From: Camelus dromedarius
Lineage: Eukaryota
Length of the DNA: 64,000 nt
Reading direction: 5' to 3'
Assembly: GCF_036321535.1 (NCBI RefSeq)
Contig: NC_087447.1
Span: 43,588,001-43,652,000 of the forward strand
The notes under the pieces were generated by a model. The model was not told where the DNA came from, made no database searches, and was given only the letters and a program-made list of their open reading frames with translations. Made by a program: the position numbers and the translations under genes. This document shows, piece by piece, positions 1 through 12,185 of this stretch (position 1 is the first letter of the stretch; every line of letters starts with the position of its first letter).

Positions 1-1360
1 ATACAAGTAGGGCTCAATGACATTGTCAGAGAGTACTTAACTTGGTAGAAAACGTACATTCCTTATAGGAGTGAATACTTTGTTTACTTAAAATTGACTG
101 GAAGTTAATAAGGAATAGTATTCAAGTGAGGAAAAAATCATCACAAAGATATATTTGTGAATGTTCTCTCCTAGTTTTCTTAAATTTCAGTGAAAAAAGC
201 ATCCAATTCATTTTGCTTCTTAATAAATAGATAAAAGAAAACAAAGAGACACCAGGAAAACATGAAGAAGGCTCCTGTGTCCTCTTTCCCAGTGATCCTG
301 CCTCTCTAAGCTTCACTCTAACAACTTCCATCTTTTATCCATTTTCTTGTGTGCTCCAAATGTTCTAATGTTGTCAATGCTCTTGCTGTTCATAAGGCTG
401 CAATCAAGATTATGTCCCCATATTTGCCCTCTTTCATTTCAAGTCTACAAACATCTCCTGGGTATTCCCTTGGTGCTTGACGCTAGTGGGAAACAAGATG
501 CAAAGATGACTAAGACATAATTCCTGCTCCCAGCGAGTTGATAGTCTAAAGAAGAGTCCCCTGATAATTTCACTGCAATGTGGCAAATGGTTAGGATAGA
601 GAGATGTTATGTACTAGGTTAGGTACTTAATATAGCCAAAACCTAGGGAAGTGTGCCAAGGGAAATTGATATCCTCTCCAATTTTGTATAAAATCATCAC
701 TTCTAGATCCACAGAGATAGTCCAAAGCTCTTAATCTATCTCAGTGCATCCTATCAAATTCCTTTCAGATAACTACTGCAGGTAGAAGGGGAATAAAAGA
801 GTCTTTCCCATATTATGCTTGGTCTCCAAATCACAAACAGAAAGGAAGTAGGAAAAGATCCCACTTCTCATTGTTGTATGAAGTCCCAGAGCCCTCAGTG
901 TGCATGCCTTCTGGGACATCGGAGTTATGGTGCTATTATGTCTTTTCATGGCATGCACTATGCATTAGATTTCTGACATTAAAGCAGCATACTAAGTGGG
1001 AATCACAGAGAATTCCCAAAGGATCTCACGGATATTGAGGCCAGGCCAACCATCTGGGGGAGCTGAATACAGCTTTAGACCCCTGAATTACAATGTATAT
1101 ACACCATTAGACATTTAACAAGTAACATTACAAAACATTCAATTTATCATATCATTGGCTCCATATGCAGTCACTCTTTACTAACCCCCTATTCCCATTG
1201 AGAACCTCTGCTTTTGAAATCATTCTTACTTTCTCTGTTCAGCAGTTTTAAACCCTACATTATCTATTCATGTCACTTTGAAGAGGCCAGTGTATCAACC
1301 ATTACAACTGTACTCAGAGGTTCAATGAAATCCATCCCTTTTACTGTTTCCTCCTCATAG

Positions 1361-1533
1361 AAATATTGTATCAACTTTGAATGTTACTGCTGGAGAACAT
1401 GACTTGAGCTATACAGAGCCAGGAGAGCAAACCCTCACCATTGAAACCATCATCATACACCCATATTTCTCCACCAAGAAACCAATGGATTATGATATTG
1501 CTCTTTTGAAGATGGCTGGAGGTTTCCATTTTG
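1361..1533 (+). CDS. OVCH2: Ovochymase-2 internal exon, trypsin domain (catalytic Asp, DYDIALL)
   Basis: tag acceptor 1358-1360, gt donor 1534; reads NIVSTLNVTAGEHDLSYTEPGEQTLTIETIIIHPYFSTKKPMDYDIALLKMAGGFHF. Confidence 0.93.
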
Positions 1534-1899
1534 GTAAACATTTGAAGCTCACTCTGAGTTTTCTACCCCCTGTTCTCCATAACTTCTGTTCCATAGCACA
1601 TTTCCTGCAGTTTAAGTTACGTAGCATATGCTCAAGAGTTCTAGATCATGGACTTTCTGGAATCTAGGGTGCGGGTTCCCCTACCTGAAACCTTCTTTGC
1701 TTGTGGTTTTAGATGTAGGATTATGTGGAGTCAAGAGAAGGGCTTTCTTTGTTTGACAAGTGACCCCATGAGGTGCCAGACAGAGATACTACAACTCTTA
1801 CAAGGTCCTTGGGGAACCATCTAGAAGCCAACTGGGGAGTGGCTTATGGTGTCCTCTCCTCCATGGATGAGACAAGCCCTGCCTTGGTCTTTTCTTCAG

Positions 1900-1995
1900 A
1901 CCAGTTTGTGGGGCCCATATGTCTTCCAGAGCCAGGGGAACGATTTGAGCCTGGATTTATTTGTACAACCGTGGGCTGGGGCCGCTTGACTGAAG
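1900..1995 (+). CDS. OVCH2: Ovochymase-2 exon, trypsin domain (PICLP...GWG)
   Basis: cag/gtaag boundaries, phase 1-1; DQFVGPICLPEPGERFEPGFICTTVGWGRLTE. Confidence 0.93.
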
Positions 1996-2239
1996 GTAAG
2001 AACCTCTATGTTCTACTCTTCATCAAATATCAGAACTTTCTAGGGGGCGGCAGTAATCAGAAAATAGAATTTTTCATCTGTTTTTTAAAAAACAATTGTG
2101 TAAACATTTTTAAAAATAGGGAATATCACATTGCATGTAGAATTTCAGTTCCTTCCAAAAGACACATACCTTGGGCATCTTTAGCTGGGGGAAGGGTGAA
2201 AGAATGCCTTGCTGGGGCTCTCATTTCTGTGTTTTCCAG

Positions 2240-2391
2240 ACGGCCTCATCTCGCAAGTCTTGCAGGAAGTGAATCTGCCCATTTTGACCAAAGATGAATG
2301 TATTACAGCTCTGTTGACCTTACAGAAACCCATCAGTGGTCAGACCTTTCTCTGCACAGGTTTCCCAGATGGAGGAAAGGATGCCTGTCAG
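2240..2391 (+). CDS. OVCH2: Ovochymase-2 exon, trypsin domain (KDACQ; Asp in the S1 pocket)
   Basis: cag/gtagg boundaries, 152 nt, phase 1-0; DGLISQVLQEVNLPILTKDECITALLTLQKPISGQTFLCTGFPDGGKDACQ. Confidence 0.93.
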
Positions 2392-3048
2392 GTAGGCAGG
2401 AGCGGTCGGGCTGACAGGTTCCAGGCAGGGCTTCCCTCAGTTTTGTCATCAGATAAGAGGCTGGAAAGAAAGCTGTAGGTGAGACTGGACTCTGGAAAGA
2501 AGGATCAGGAGTAACAGAGGAGGTCAAGTCGAAATACAGGGACAATTTAAACAGCTTGTGTTTACCAGGAACTGTGAATTCAGCAGAGGTCTTCTGCTTT
2601 TTCTGAAAGATCGAGTAACAGAGATAACGCCAACAGTGAACTCAGGGTTCTCCATCCCTGAAAGATAGGTGGCTCTTTCCTTCTTGGAGATTTCCAGTTT
2701 GTGTACAATAGGAGCTTTTCTCTCCCTCCTTCCCTCCTGCTGTCCAAGACCCGAGGTCAGTTTTACTACTGGACAAGACTTCTCTGAGTCCATAGGATGA
2801 GACAGGAGACAGAAATAATACTGATGTCTGTTAAAAGCTTAGGATGGGGAAGAAGGAGATGGACGTGATACGCTCCAATGGTATCTGAAGATCTGATGTA
2901 AATTGTGCTAGCCTGTTCTCCCAGGTCCCTGAGTCCAAGTTATTAGAAGTGAAGAAATTCATTGATCCTCGTCTAGCATTTCTGTAGGGGGAAAAAGTGA
3001 GCCACAGACACCAACAGTGATGGTAACAGAGATCTTTTCCCCCTACAG

Positions 3049-3238
3049 GGAGACTCAGGAGGATCCCTTATGTGCCGGAATAAGAAAGGGGCTTGGACTT
3101 TGGCTGGTGTGACTTCTTGGGGTTTGGGCTGTGGTCGAGGCTGGAGAAACAATCTGCAGAAAGATGATAAAGGATCCCCTGGGATCTTCACAGATCTTAC
3201 TAAAGTACTTCCCTGGATCCTCAAACACATCCAAATCG
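3049..3238 (+). CDS. OVCH2: Ovochymase-2 exon, trypsin domain (catalytic Ser, GDSGG)
   Basis: cag/gtaat boundaries; GDSGGSLMCRNKKGAWTLAGVTSWGLGCGRGWRNN...SPGIFTDLTKVLPWILKHIQI. Confidence 0.95.
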
Positions 3239-3513
3239 GTAATCAAGCCAGCACATAAGATCAAGAAGCTAGGGCCAGAGAGCATCAGCAGAGTCTAGGC
3301 AAGTCAGGGCCACTGTGCACACATGCCCTACTGTTCGTAGTGTCTCACATAAGGATTGCAGTATTTACTGAGTCTAAAACAAGGCTAAACCATGATGTGT
3401 GATACAGCATACAGATATTCAATGAAACATGAATGCATCCATTCTAGACTGTGTCAAATTTCTCTTTAATTGAAACTGTCTCAGCTGGTGATATGTTCTC
3501 ACCACTTACTTCT

Positions 3514-3684
3514 TTTTTTATTGAAACATAGTTGATTTACAATGTTGTGTTAGTCTCTGGTGTACAGCATGGTGATTCAGTTATACATACACACACACAC
3601 ATACACATATGTATTCTTTTTCATCATAGTTTACTACAGGATATTGAATACAGTTACCTGTGCTGTACAGTAGGACCTTGTTTA
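3514..3684 (-). mobile_element. 5'-truncated L1 3' end
   Basis: L1-type tail (attgaa..atagttgatttacaatgttgtgttag); TSD ACCACTTACTTCT at 3501-3513 and 3685-3697. Confidence 0.8.
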
Positions 3685-3736
3685 ACCACTTACTTCTCAA
3701 CTGTGCTAGCAAGATTCAGCAAGCTAGAGCATAGAC

Positions 3737-3955
3737 CAGTTGTTATCAATCAAGGGAAACTTTTGCCTCTCAGGGGGCAATGGCTGGAGACATTTTCAGT
3801 TGTTACAACAGGGGACAGGGTGCCACTGGCATCTCGGGGGTAGGGGCCATGGATGCTGCTAAGCATCCTACAGTATATAGGAAAGCCTCCCCCCAACCCC
3901 CAGCAAAGAATGATTCAGCCCAAAATGTTAGCAGTGCCCTAGTTGAGAAGGCCTG
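3737..3955 (+). mobile_element. MER20-like hAT DNA transposon
   Basis: ctggagacattttcagttgttacaa...ggatgctgctaagcatcctaca...cccaaaatgttagcagtgcc..gttgagaa; similar copy at 7205-7445. Confidence 0.7.
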
Positions 3956-4391
3956 GCATAGATCCAGGCACTGTGAGTCTGAAAAGGCCAGGGTCTGTGT
4001 ACACCCTTCTACTAGATGACCAGTGAGTTAACTGAAACTTCGTTTTTGCCTCCAAATCTAGCTTAATTGTTTTCTTAGCTGATGGCTTCTGGTCTCAATG
4101 GTGTCTTCTATTCTTTCCCAAAGGAGTTAATTCAAATTAGTTCAGGAAGTACTTGGGTTTGTCTTTAAGTATATGGTATACTAGCAGGTACCTGAGTCCT
4201 CAGTTCAACTTGTAGCTATCCCAGCAATTCTTCTGTGTTTGTGGGTGAGTAACTCCGTCTCCAGCCTCCCTTTTCATGAAAAATTAAAAGGGTAGACCAG
4301 ATGACCTCTTCTTGCTTTGTGTAACCTCCAGCTAATCAGCCCATTTAATAAAGAGAATGAAACCATCTTAAAACACAAAGGCCACTCTCCT

Positions 4392-4497
4392 GCTTTGTCA
4401 GTTTATCCCTTCTGTCCTTTCCACAGATTATATTTTCATTAGCTGCAAATTGATTTAAAAACCTCTGCACTTTTGAGTCAGGGGGATGCTAACTTCT
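4392..4497 (+). repeat. 106-bp direct repeat, copy 1
   Basis: Matches 5224-5329 with 3 mismatches, read by eye. Confidence 0.9.
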
Positions 4498-4555
4498 CGA
4501 AATATTGTTCAGGGTATCACAAACCTTGAACCACATCTTTTTTTTTCTTTCCCAG

Positions 4556-4579
4556 GGAAGCAGAGAAAGAGCTCCAGAG
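4556..4579 (+). CDS. OVCH2: Ovochymase-2 24-nt micro-exon, basic protease-CUB linker (GKQRKSSR)
   Basis: Long T tract + cag, donor gtgggt; phase 1-1 keeps the frame; resembles the recalled human linker GNRRKSSR. Confidence 0.85.
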
Positions 4580-5223
4580 GTGGGTATTTCTTGCAGCCTG
4601 CTCTTCCAGGAACATGAATTAATCTCTATCTTTTCTGAATATCTGTCCCCTTTACAATCAAATGTCAGCAGGAGCACTCCATGCTAACTAGGTATAAAGC
4701 CATCTCTTGGTGCACCCACAGCCATTCATCCCCAGCCAGTGAGGAGCCCCAGACTCCTTCCCATCTCACTTTTTGTCAATCCAGAGCTCCAGCTCCATTG
4801 AGCAAACAGCTGTCAAATCCTAGCTTTGGATCAGAGACACAAGGGAGAGGGTGAGGCTATGCAGATGCAGTCAGTAAACTGCACACCTTGTCCTGAAAGT
4901 GCCCTTGCTTACTTAGGAGCTCATCCCCAGGGTTACCCTGCAAGTCTGCAATGGTTCACTCTGTGACTTTGGGCAAGCTCCTTCCTGAGCTTCCTCATCC
5001 AAAAAGGAGTTTGGACCAGACGACCTCAAAGGCATCCTTTTTTTTTTTTTTTTTAATGTCAAAATTCCTTTTAAAATTTTTTTGCAGTCAATTACAAGAT
5101 GTCTGTTTCTGATGTTCAACTCAGTATCCCAGTCAAAAGGCATCTTTAGTTCAAATCTTCAGTGGTCCTATGAGTCTGTGGAACTATCTCCAAAGAGCAA
5201 AGTGGGAAAAGGGTACCCTGAGA

Positions 5224-5329
5224 GCTTTGTCAGTTTATCCCTTCGGTCCTTTCCACAGATTATATTTTCATTAACTCCAAATTGATTTAAAAACCTCTGC
5301 ACTTTTGAGTCAGGGGGATGCTAACTTCT
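5224..5329 (+). repeat. 106-bp direct repeat, copy 2
   Basis: Matches 4392-4497; followed by an A14 run at 5336-5349. Confidence 0.9.
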
Positions 5330-6435
5330 TGCTGGAAAAAAAAAAAAAAGGAGGCTTTGGAACACAGACATCTTTCAAGCTGAACTTTAAATGACAAGTA
5401 GAATTTTGTCAGGTGAAAATGGGATACAGGTCGACAAAAATACTCCAGCTCAAGGAATCATCCTTATCAAAGGATGGCTACTAAAGAATGGAGATATAAA
5501 AAAATAGGGTGTAATAGTGACCTAGTAAGTCAGTCAAAGCAGCTGAAGTTTAGGCTATGTGATGGGTTTTTCACGAGGGAGAAGATTAAAAAGATAACTT
5601 GAGACCAAATTATGGACTTTAAATGCCAGTCAAAAAAGTTTAGACTTTGAGTGATGGGAAGTTGACTAGCTAAAGAAATAGGTTAGAGCTATACTTTAGT
5701 GCTATGAGAACTGCACCTAACGGGTAAATCAGAGGGGAAAATAATTCAGGGTGGACTTATGAGATCATGCATTAGATCCAGAGGCCAGAAATTAAGGCTT
5801 GAACTAGGGCAATGGCCAGAGGAAGAAAAGGAGGGAACTGAGACAGGAAGGATGAGGACGGGATAGTCAGTCACTGAGGTGATGGGCGGTGAGGGAGAAG
5901 GAATGGGAGATGGCACCAAAGTCCTGAGCATGAAAAGCTAAGAAAAGGGCACAAAGAAGTAATCAAAGCAGATGTGGAAGCAGTTTTGCAGACCCAGAAT
6001 TTCATTCGTAGCACGTTAAGTTTCAGGGGAGATATCTAGGAGATGGTTGAAAACTCAGAAGTTCAGAAAGGTAGAGATAATTGTTGAAAGTGAGGGTGTG
6101 AATGAGACAAGTCAGAGGGCTGCTGTAGAGAGAAGTGAAGACTAAGTCTAGAACCTGGGAAATACCTCTATTTATAGAGTGGGAACATGGGATCAGAGGA
6201 AGAAGAGTCAAGGAGAAGAAATCATAGACTCTCAAGGTTAAGCAGGATCTACAAGGAACAAAAAAAGAACAAGGCATCATAGAAGCCAAGACAGGAAAAG
6301 ATTTCATGAAGAAAGGAAGTGTGCATAAAAGGAGCCAGGAGCTTCCAGCGTCTGTACGGGTTCTGGAAGGAGAGGGCTGTTGTGGCGAGCCATCACTGTT
6401 AGCCCTGATTCTTGTGACTTCCACCCCCATCCCAG

Positions 6436-6526
6436 CCTCATGTGGTGAGCAGGATCGTGTGATCAGCGCATCTGAGGGGGAGCTGCACTTCCCAGAAAGC
6501 CCTTTCCTATTTTATGAGAGCAATCA
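6436..6526 (+). CDS. OVCH2: Ovochymase-2 exon, start of CUB domain 1
   Basis: cag/gtgagt; ASCGEQDRVISASEGELHFPESPFLFYESNQ. Confidence 0.9.
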
Positions 6527-6649
6527 GTGAGTAGCCCCGCTGCCCCCCTTCCCTGACTCCCACCTCCAGTTTGACTCTGCCCCAGGAATTGGAATGTGAC
6601 AGCCACTTTCTATCTAGAAATAGCACCCTCTCCACATATCTACCTGTAG

Positions 6650-6774
6650 ACGGTGTGTCTGGACCCTGCTGGTACCAGAGGAAATGCATGTGTTCCTCAG
6701 TTTTTCCCACTTCGACGCAGAGTCCTGTCACCATAATTACCTGTCGATACATTCTTTAGAAGACAGACTTATTG
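6650..6774 (+). CDS. OVCH2: Ovochymase-2 exon, CUB1
   Basis: tag/gtgagt; RCVWTLLVPEEMHVFLSFSHFDAESCHHNYLSIHSLEDRLI. Confidence 0.9.
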
Positions 6775-7204
6775 GTGAGTGGATTTTCACACTGTCACAT
6801 GGACACTAGGGCGAGGTGGACTTAGTGGGGCTTGGTTACAATAGACCCGAACCTGAAGTATCTGTAAACACAACACTTCCTGTCTCCAATTTTGAGACTT
6901 GGAATTGACACTGGAAAAGAACAAAATCTGAAGCCTGTGTGATGGCTGTAAGGCCATGGTGCATTTCATTTGCTGTATCTGACCAGGCTTCCTAGACTCA
7001 TTCGTGAGACCTGGAGCCCATCAGGAATAAAATGTAGACATATAGCAGTGCCTCTGGGGTCCTCACGGCTAGAATGCTGTTCTCCTAGGCATGAAAATGA
7101 CTCTGACCTGCCTTATCCAGCTCAGAAGGAAGATACCAACAGTTAACCATGAGTAGGAGACCAAGGTTACTTATATAAAAAAATAGAAATGGAGGAAAGT
7201 TTCT

Positions 7205-7445
7205 GTGGTTCTAAACTGGAGATGATTTTGTCTGCCCCCACCACCCCCCATCCCAACTCCCAGGAGACATTTGACAATGTCTTTTGGGAAGAATTTTGGG
7301 ACCATCACAACTGGAGGGAGTGTTACTGGCATCTAGTGGGTGGAGGCCAGGGATGTTGCCAAATATCCCACAACGTGCAGAACAACCTGAACGCAAAGAA
7401 TGTTCCAGCTCAAAGTGTCAGGAGTGCCGAGGCTGAGAAACCCTG
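7205..7445 (+). mobile_element. MER20-like hAT DNA transposon
   Basis: gtggttctaaactggagatgattttg...tactggcatctagtgggtggaggccagggatgttgc...gctgagaaaccctg. Confidence 0.7.
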
Positions 7446-7551
7446 GCTCAGACACTCCTGCACTGCCACGGAAGTTCAGTTCCCCCTAAATCTTTTAACA
7501 GGTGCTGTTTTCCAGACTCGGAGCAGAGACTCTCTGTTTTTAATGTTGCAG

Positions 7552-7692
7552 GGAAATTCTGTGGAGACAGTCTGGCTTCATCAGTTCTTGTTGGCTCTGA
7601 CTCTGTAAGGCTGAGGTTCATCTCGGATGCCACAGACAATGCCGTTGGCTTTAATCTCACCTATAAAGCTCTTAAGCCAAACTACCTTCCTG
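7552..7692 (+). CDS. OVCH2: Ovochymase-2 exon, end of CUB1
   Basis: cag/gtaaa; GKFCGDSLASSVLVGSDSVRLRFISDATDNAVGFNLTYKALKPNYLP. Confidence 0.92.
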
Positions 7693-8046
7693 GTAAAACC
7701 ACTTACTTTTATCACACACTATCCAAGCTTCTTGTAGAAGATGAGGCCCCATAAGAATTAGGTGAGGGGTAGGGAGCTCTCCTCCAGGGCCCCTTGGGCT
7801 CCACAGCAGAGAGGAGCCAGGGTCATTCAGACGCGGGATACCTGGGCTCCTTCTGTGGTCCTGCTAACTCACGTCTGTCACACACCCAAGTGAGCTGAGA
7901 GGGCCTGTTGCATTCTTGCACACCAGTGCACAAACCTCTTCCTTCTTGTTGGCGCCAGCATCACTTGTGGGGGACGGGGACAGAACAGAGATGTTCCTCT
8001 GTGCTTGGGTGACACTATTGTTTGGATGTTTTCCCTTGTGTTGCAG

Positions 8047-8177
8047 ATTCAGGCTGCAGTTCCTTAACTATCCTTTTTGAAGAGGGCCTCATACAGAGTC
8101 TTCATTACCCCGAAGACTACAGCGACCTAGCCAACTGCAACTGGATTTTTCAAGCCCCCAAACATTACCTAATTAAG
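8047..8177 (+). CDS. OVCH2: Ovochymase-2 exon, start of CUB2
   Basis: cag/gtact; DSGCSSLTILFEEGLIQSLHYPEDYSDLANCNWIFQAPKHYLIK. Confidence 0.92.
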
Positions 8178-8362
8178 GTACTGATTCTGGTTACCCTTAC
8201 TTTGCTGTGGTACTGCCACAGAATAGCTACCAGTAACACCATGCGGGCAGAGGTTTTTATCTGATTTATTCACTGCTGTATCCCTGGTACCTGGAACCTA
8301 GCATCTGGCACCCAAGGCTCTTGACAGAACTGCCTGTTCTCCACTGTAACTACCCACACTTA

Positions 8363-8376
8363 CCACTAGATGGCAA
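8363..8376 (+). promoter_or_regulatory. Candidate CTCF site
   Basis: CCACTAGATGGCAA matches the CCASYAGRKGGC core; motif only. Confidence 0.4.
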
Positions 8377-9552
8377 TAGTGCACTTTACTTTTTGTTAAA
8401 ACGCTGCCTTAATCTTTGTACCTGGTACTTGTTTCATCAGTGTCTAGTCCTTTCTGGAAACAAGCATTTCTTCCTTATTCATTAATCCGCTAACAAAACA
8501 CTTTGTGAGGCATGGCTAACAGAAGTGTGGTACAGAACAGGTTCAGGCATAAGGGGTGCTGGTGTACCGGGAAGGGACAGGGAAGGCAAGGCTGAGATCA
8601 AAATACAGAGGGTTTTGAATTCAGGATACGGAATGTATTCAGCCTTCGATTAGCAGCATTTGTTTGTTCACGCAACACTAGTGGGCCATCTGCAGAGATG
8701 CTGCCAGGTAGATGACACTGCAGTCTGGGCAAGGATGGAATTAGGCATTTATTTAGAAGCCTTTCTCTTAAAATAATAATTGAAAGCAGGAGAGAACATG
8801 AAGGAGGCAAAGTAGATTTATAAAATAATGGAGAAGTCATAAGGGTGAGCAATATCTCAGAATTCTCAGATATTTAAGAGACTCAGGAGGAGAACCAAAT
8901 TGGTGCAGTGTTATGATAGTCCAGAGAATGTAGCCTTTAATTCAAACCACAAAACAAATAAACAGGAAGGTGTAGCCAGCAGTTTGGGTTTCCCACACAA
9001 AGTCTGAGTTTAAAGAGGAAGACTGAGCACCCGCTATCCAGTCCCCACCACCTCCCCCCATAAAAAGGTGAAATAATTGGGATGGACAATGGAACACTAG
9101 AGAGGAGGTGGGAGTGGTGGCGTCTGAAGGAGCAAGTGAAATCCGATGTTAGGAGTGGAAGCAAGAGCACACAGCTTTCACAAATAAGTGGGAGAAGAAG
9201 ACACAGCAGAAATAAGACAAGCAGAGCTCTTGTCTTTCTAAAAGTTTTTGAAACCCAAACAGAGTCAAGGCAGACATTAATTTCAGGAGGAAGCAGAATT
9301 GAGGGAAGCTGTTTTAGTGACGGAGGAGAAAAGCTCAAGTATGAGCCTATTTCCAGAAGGAGGAAGAAGACAAAATTTAGTTGACAATCTGAACATGCCT
9401 GAGCTAGAAGTGATTCAAAAATATCTATTCAATAAAATACACTGAGTGCTGTGCATTAGTGAAGAGATACTCTCAGGCCCCACCAGTGACAGCACCATCC
9501 TGCGGACCCATCCTAGACAGTAATTTGTGAATTAACATTACAGGTCATATCT

Positions 9553-9683
9553 CTTTTGGGGGGTAGTAATTAGGTTTGTTTGCTTGTTTCTTTATTTTAA
9601 TGAAGGTACTGGGTATTGAACCCAGGATCTCGTGCATGCTAGGCATGTACTCTACCACTGAGCTATACCCTCCCTCTCTTAGT
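9553..9683 (-). mobile_element. tRNA-derived SINE (camelid-type)
   Basis: Minus strand GGGAGGGTATAGCTCAGTGGTAGAG...GGTTCAAT (A/B boxes); flanking direct repeat ATTACAGGTCATATCT at 9537-9552 and 9684-9699. Confidence 0.85.
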
Positions 9684-10281
9684 ATTACAGGTCATATCTA
9701 TGTGCATACCATTTGACTCGAATGATATTTCCAGAAAGCATCCTAGTCAGGGATTAAGAAATGTTTGAATGAATCCTGTTTCTGACGCGTCTCCTTCTCC
9801 CCATGCTTCATCCACCGTTTACCATCATTTGCCTCCACTTTTGTCCTATCCACGCCATCCTCTGTGTCTTTTGCCAAGTGCTCCATGGAATCCCTGTAAT
9901 CTGTGTGTTTAAAATCTAAACTACCTCACCAGTCCTATCTCCCACTGCTCCTCTCTTGCAACTCAGCCAGGGCCATCCAATTGCTCACACATTGTTCTCT
10001 GCTGTTCCTTTGCTCTCCTGAGGAGGGAGCTAGGGAGCCCAAATGTTTGCACATTTCCCTACTCATATTTGGCCTCTGATTGGGTGCTTCGGTATTTCGG
10101 AAGGTTTGGGAGCCTGTGGAGTAGCATCTTTTCCTAAGTAATAGAACCCACTCATGAACGCCCCATTACCTTTCTCATCTAAGCTCACACTCCAAGGCAA
10201 GTTGGGCAATCCAAATTTCTCTGTGTAATCAAAATCAAATAACGCATCCACATATGTGGATATAACATGGAGTCTTCTCAG

Positions 10282-10375
10282 CTTTCTTTTCAGAAACTGG
10301 AAATAGAAGAAAGTGGAGACTGCACTTCTGACTATGTGAGCATGTACCGGGACGTAGAAAGGAAGAAGGAAATAG
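10282..10375 (+). CDS. OVCH2: Ovochymase-2 exon, CUB2
   Basis: cag/gtgtg; LSFQKLEIEESGDCTSDYVSMYRDVERKKEI. Confidence 0.9.
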
Positions 10376-10894
10376 GTGTGTGTTCCCCAGGAGGCTCGGC
10401 TTCCCCAGTTTGCATTTGGACCTGGTCCTTCTTGGGAATCCTTTTGGGGAACATAAAGGAGCTGGCTCAATGTCCCTTCATCCCCCTGCGCCATCTCCAT
10501 CCCTCCCCATGCTCTCACCACCTCTCCTTCTGCATCAGGAGTGGGAAGAGCTTCGGGGAGAATCAAAAAACCATTGAAATGGAAAATGTGGAAGACCCAC
10601 AGTGGACTAGGGGTCAGAGGGGAAAGTTCCATTGAAATAAGCTCTGTGGCTGGAACTACTTCCCTTAGTTACATTCCCAGGGGAAGTGTTTGGGAAAGAA
10701 ACAGAATCAAAATGCTAATGGGGTTAAATACATGGTAAAAAGAAGCACTCTGCCTTTCTACTTTGAGAATGAATTATGGCATCCACTGGAAAAATTTATT
10801 TCTGACCAGTAACCAGAAGGACAATTTTTTTTCTTCTATCCAATACCACTTGTGTTTGCTGGGCCCTTGACCACGTCGTGCCGGGGGCCACCAG

Positions 10895-11026
10895 CTCGGC
10901 TCTGTGGCTTTGTCGTCCCCGCCCCTGTGCTGAGCGCCTCTGGGGTGATGTCCATCAGCTTCCAGTCTGATGAAAATGCGACCTTCAGAGGCTTTCAGGC
11001 GACAGTCTCCTTTGTTCCTGAAACAG
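10895..11026 (+). CDS. OVCH2: Ovochymase-2 exon, end of CUB2
   Basis: cag/gtaag; ARLCGFVVPAPVLSASGVMSISFQSDENATFRGFQATVSFVPET. Confidence 0.9.
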
Positions 11027-11569
11027 GTAAGAAGATCAAGGCACCAACTCCTTGGGTCCCGAGTCTCATCCTCCTGATGTGGTAAGAAGGGCAGCTTGTG
11101 GAGCCCGGCGTGGACACAGTTGACCCTTTTTCTGGGGGGAGGGGTGCAGGGGGAGGGGAACTATTTTTAATTATGGAAACTTTTAAAGGAAGTCAGGTAA
11201 GTGTTTTCATACTGTAACAAATCCTATGTAGATGCAATTTTAATTTTTTTCAAATGTTCTATAAATACAAAAAGACCAACTTGGATATAGCATACAAGTG
11301 TACTTTGTTTTCTGGTGTAGATGCAATTTAAAATTGAATATAAACTCCAGGGAATTGAAGAATACTTTCTTTTTTTATTGAAGTACAGTCAGTTTACAAT
11401 GTTGTGTCAGTTTCTGATGTACAGCATAAGGTTTCAGTCATACATGTAAGTACATATATTCCTCTTCCTGTATTTTTCATTATAGGTTACTGTAAGATAT
11501 TAAATATAGTTTCCTGTGCTGTACAGTAGAAACGTCTTGTTTGTTTATTTTATATATAGTCAATAGTAT

Positions 11570-12185
11570 CAGTCAGCTCTTACTACACGCAGCAGGTCTG
11601 CTCTATGAAGTCACCATGAGCACTGAGTTTGTGAATCCTGAACCACAGCTCCGGGGGAAACACAGAGTTATGTTCCTATCAGCCTCTGGTTTTATGTGTA
11701 TTTCTGTTCAAAGTCACCATATTTAATATATGTTGTTGATGCATTAACATTGAACCCATGGCCAGGACCACTGTGACGCATGCCTGAACCAAGCTTATGG
11801 ATCACAGCTGTTTTCTCTTTAAGATACCACCCAGCGTCTTTGCACTGAGGAACACTAGATGGCACTTCAGCACTACGTTTAGGGCCATTGCAAACAGCAA
11901 AATCACCAAACAAAAAGCAGAAGTGCAAGAAAACACAAAAAATGGTGCTAAACAGACCACGGAAAGGACGCTTGTTAATAGTATGGGAGCTGAAACCGGA
12001 GGGCAGAGTCACCTCACTAGACCTCAGCCAGGACACGAGCATCAGGGGACTCCGTTTTCACTGCTCTGCAAGTATCCACGAATGACCACGAAGGCACCAA
12101 GAGTATTGGGTTTTCAGTTACAAATAAATGTCAGCAAGCAGGTGAATTCATAGATAAGGAATCCCCGAAGAATGAGGATCAACTA
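11570..12185. mobile_element. Tigger-like (TcMar) DNA transposon fragment
   Basis: cagtcagctctt...; end ...gaatccccgaagaatgaggatcaacta; family name recalled, not searched. Confidence 0.5.

Noticed and set aside
9600..9674. tRNA gene-like A/B boxes (also near 26.6 and 53.4 kb)
   Set aside because: They are SINE heads with A-rich tails and flanking direct repeats, not tRNA genes.
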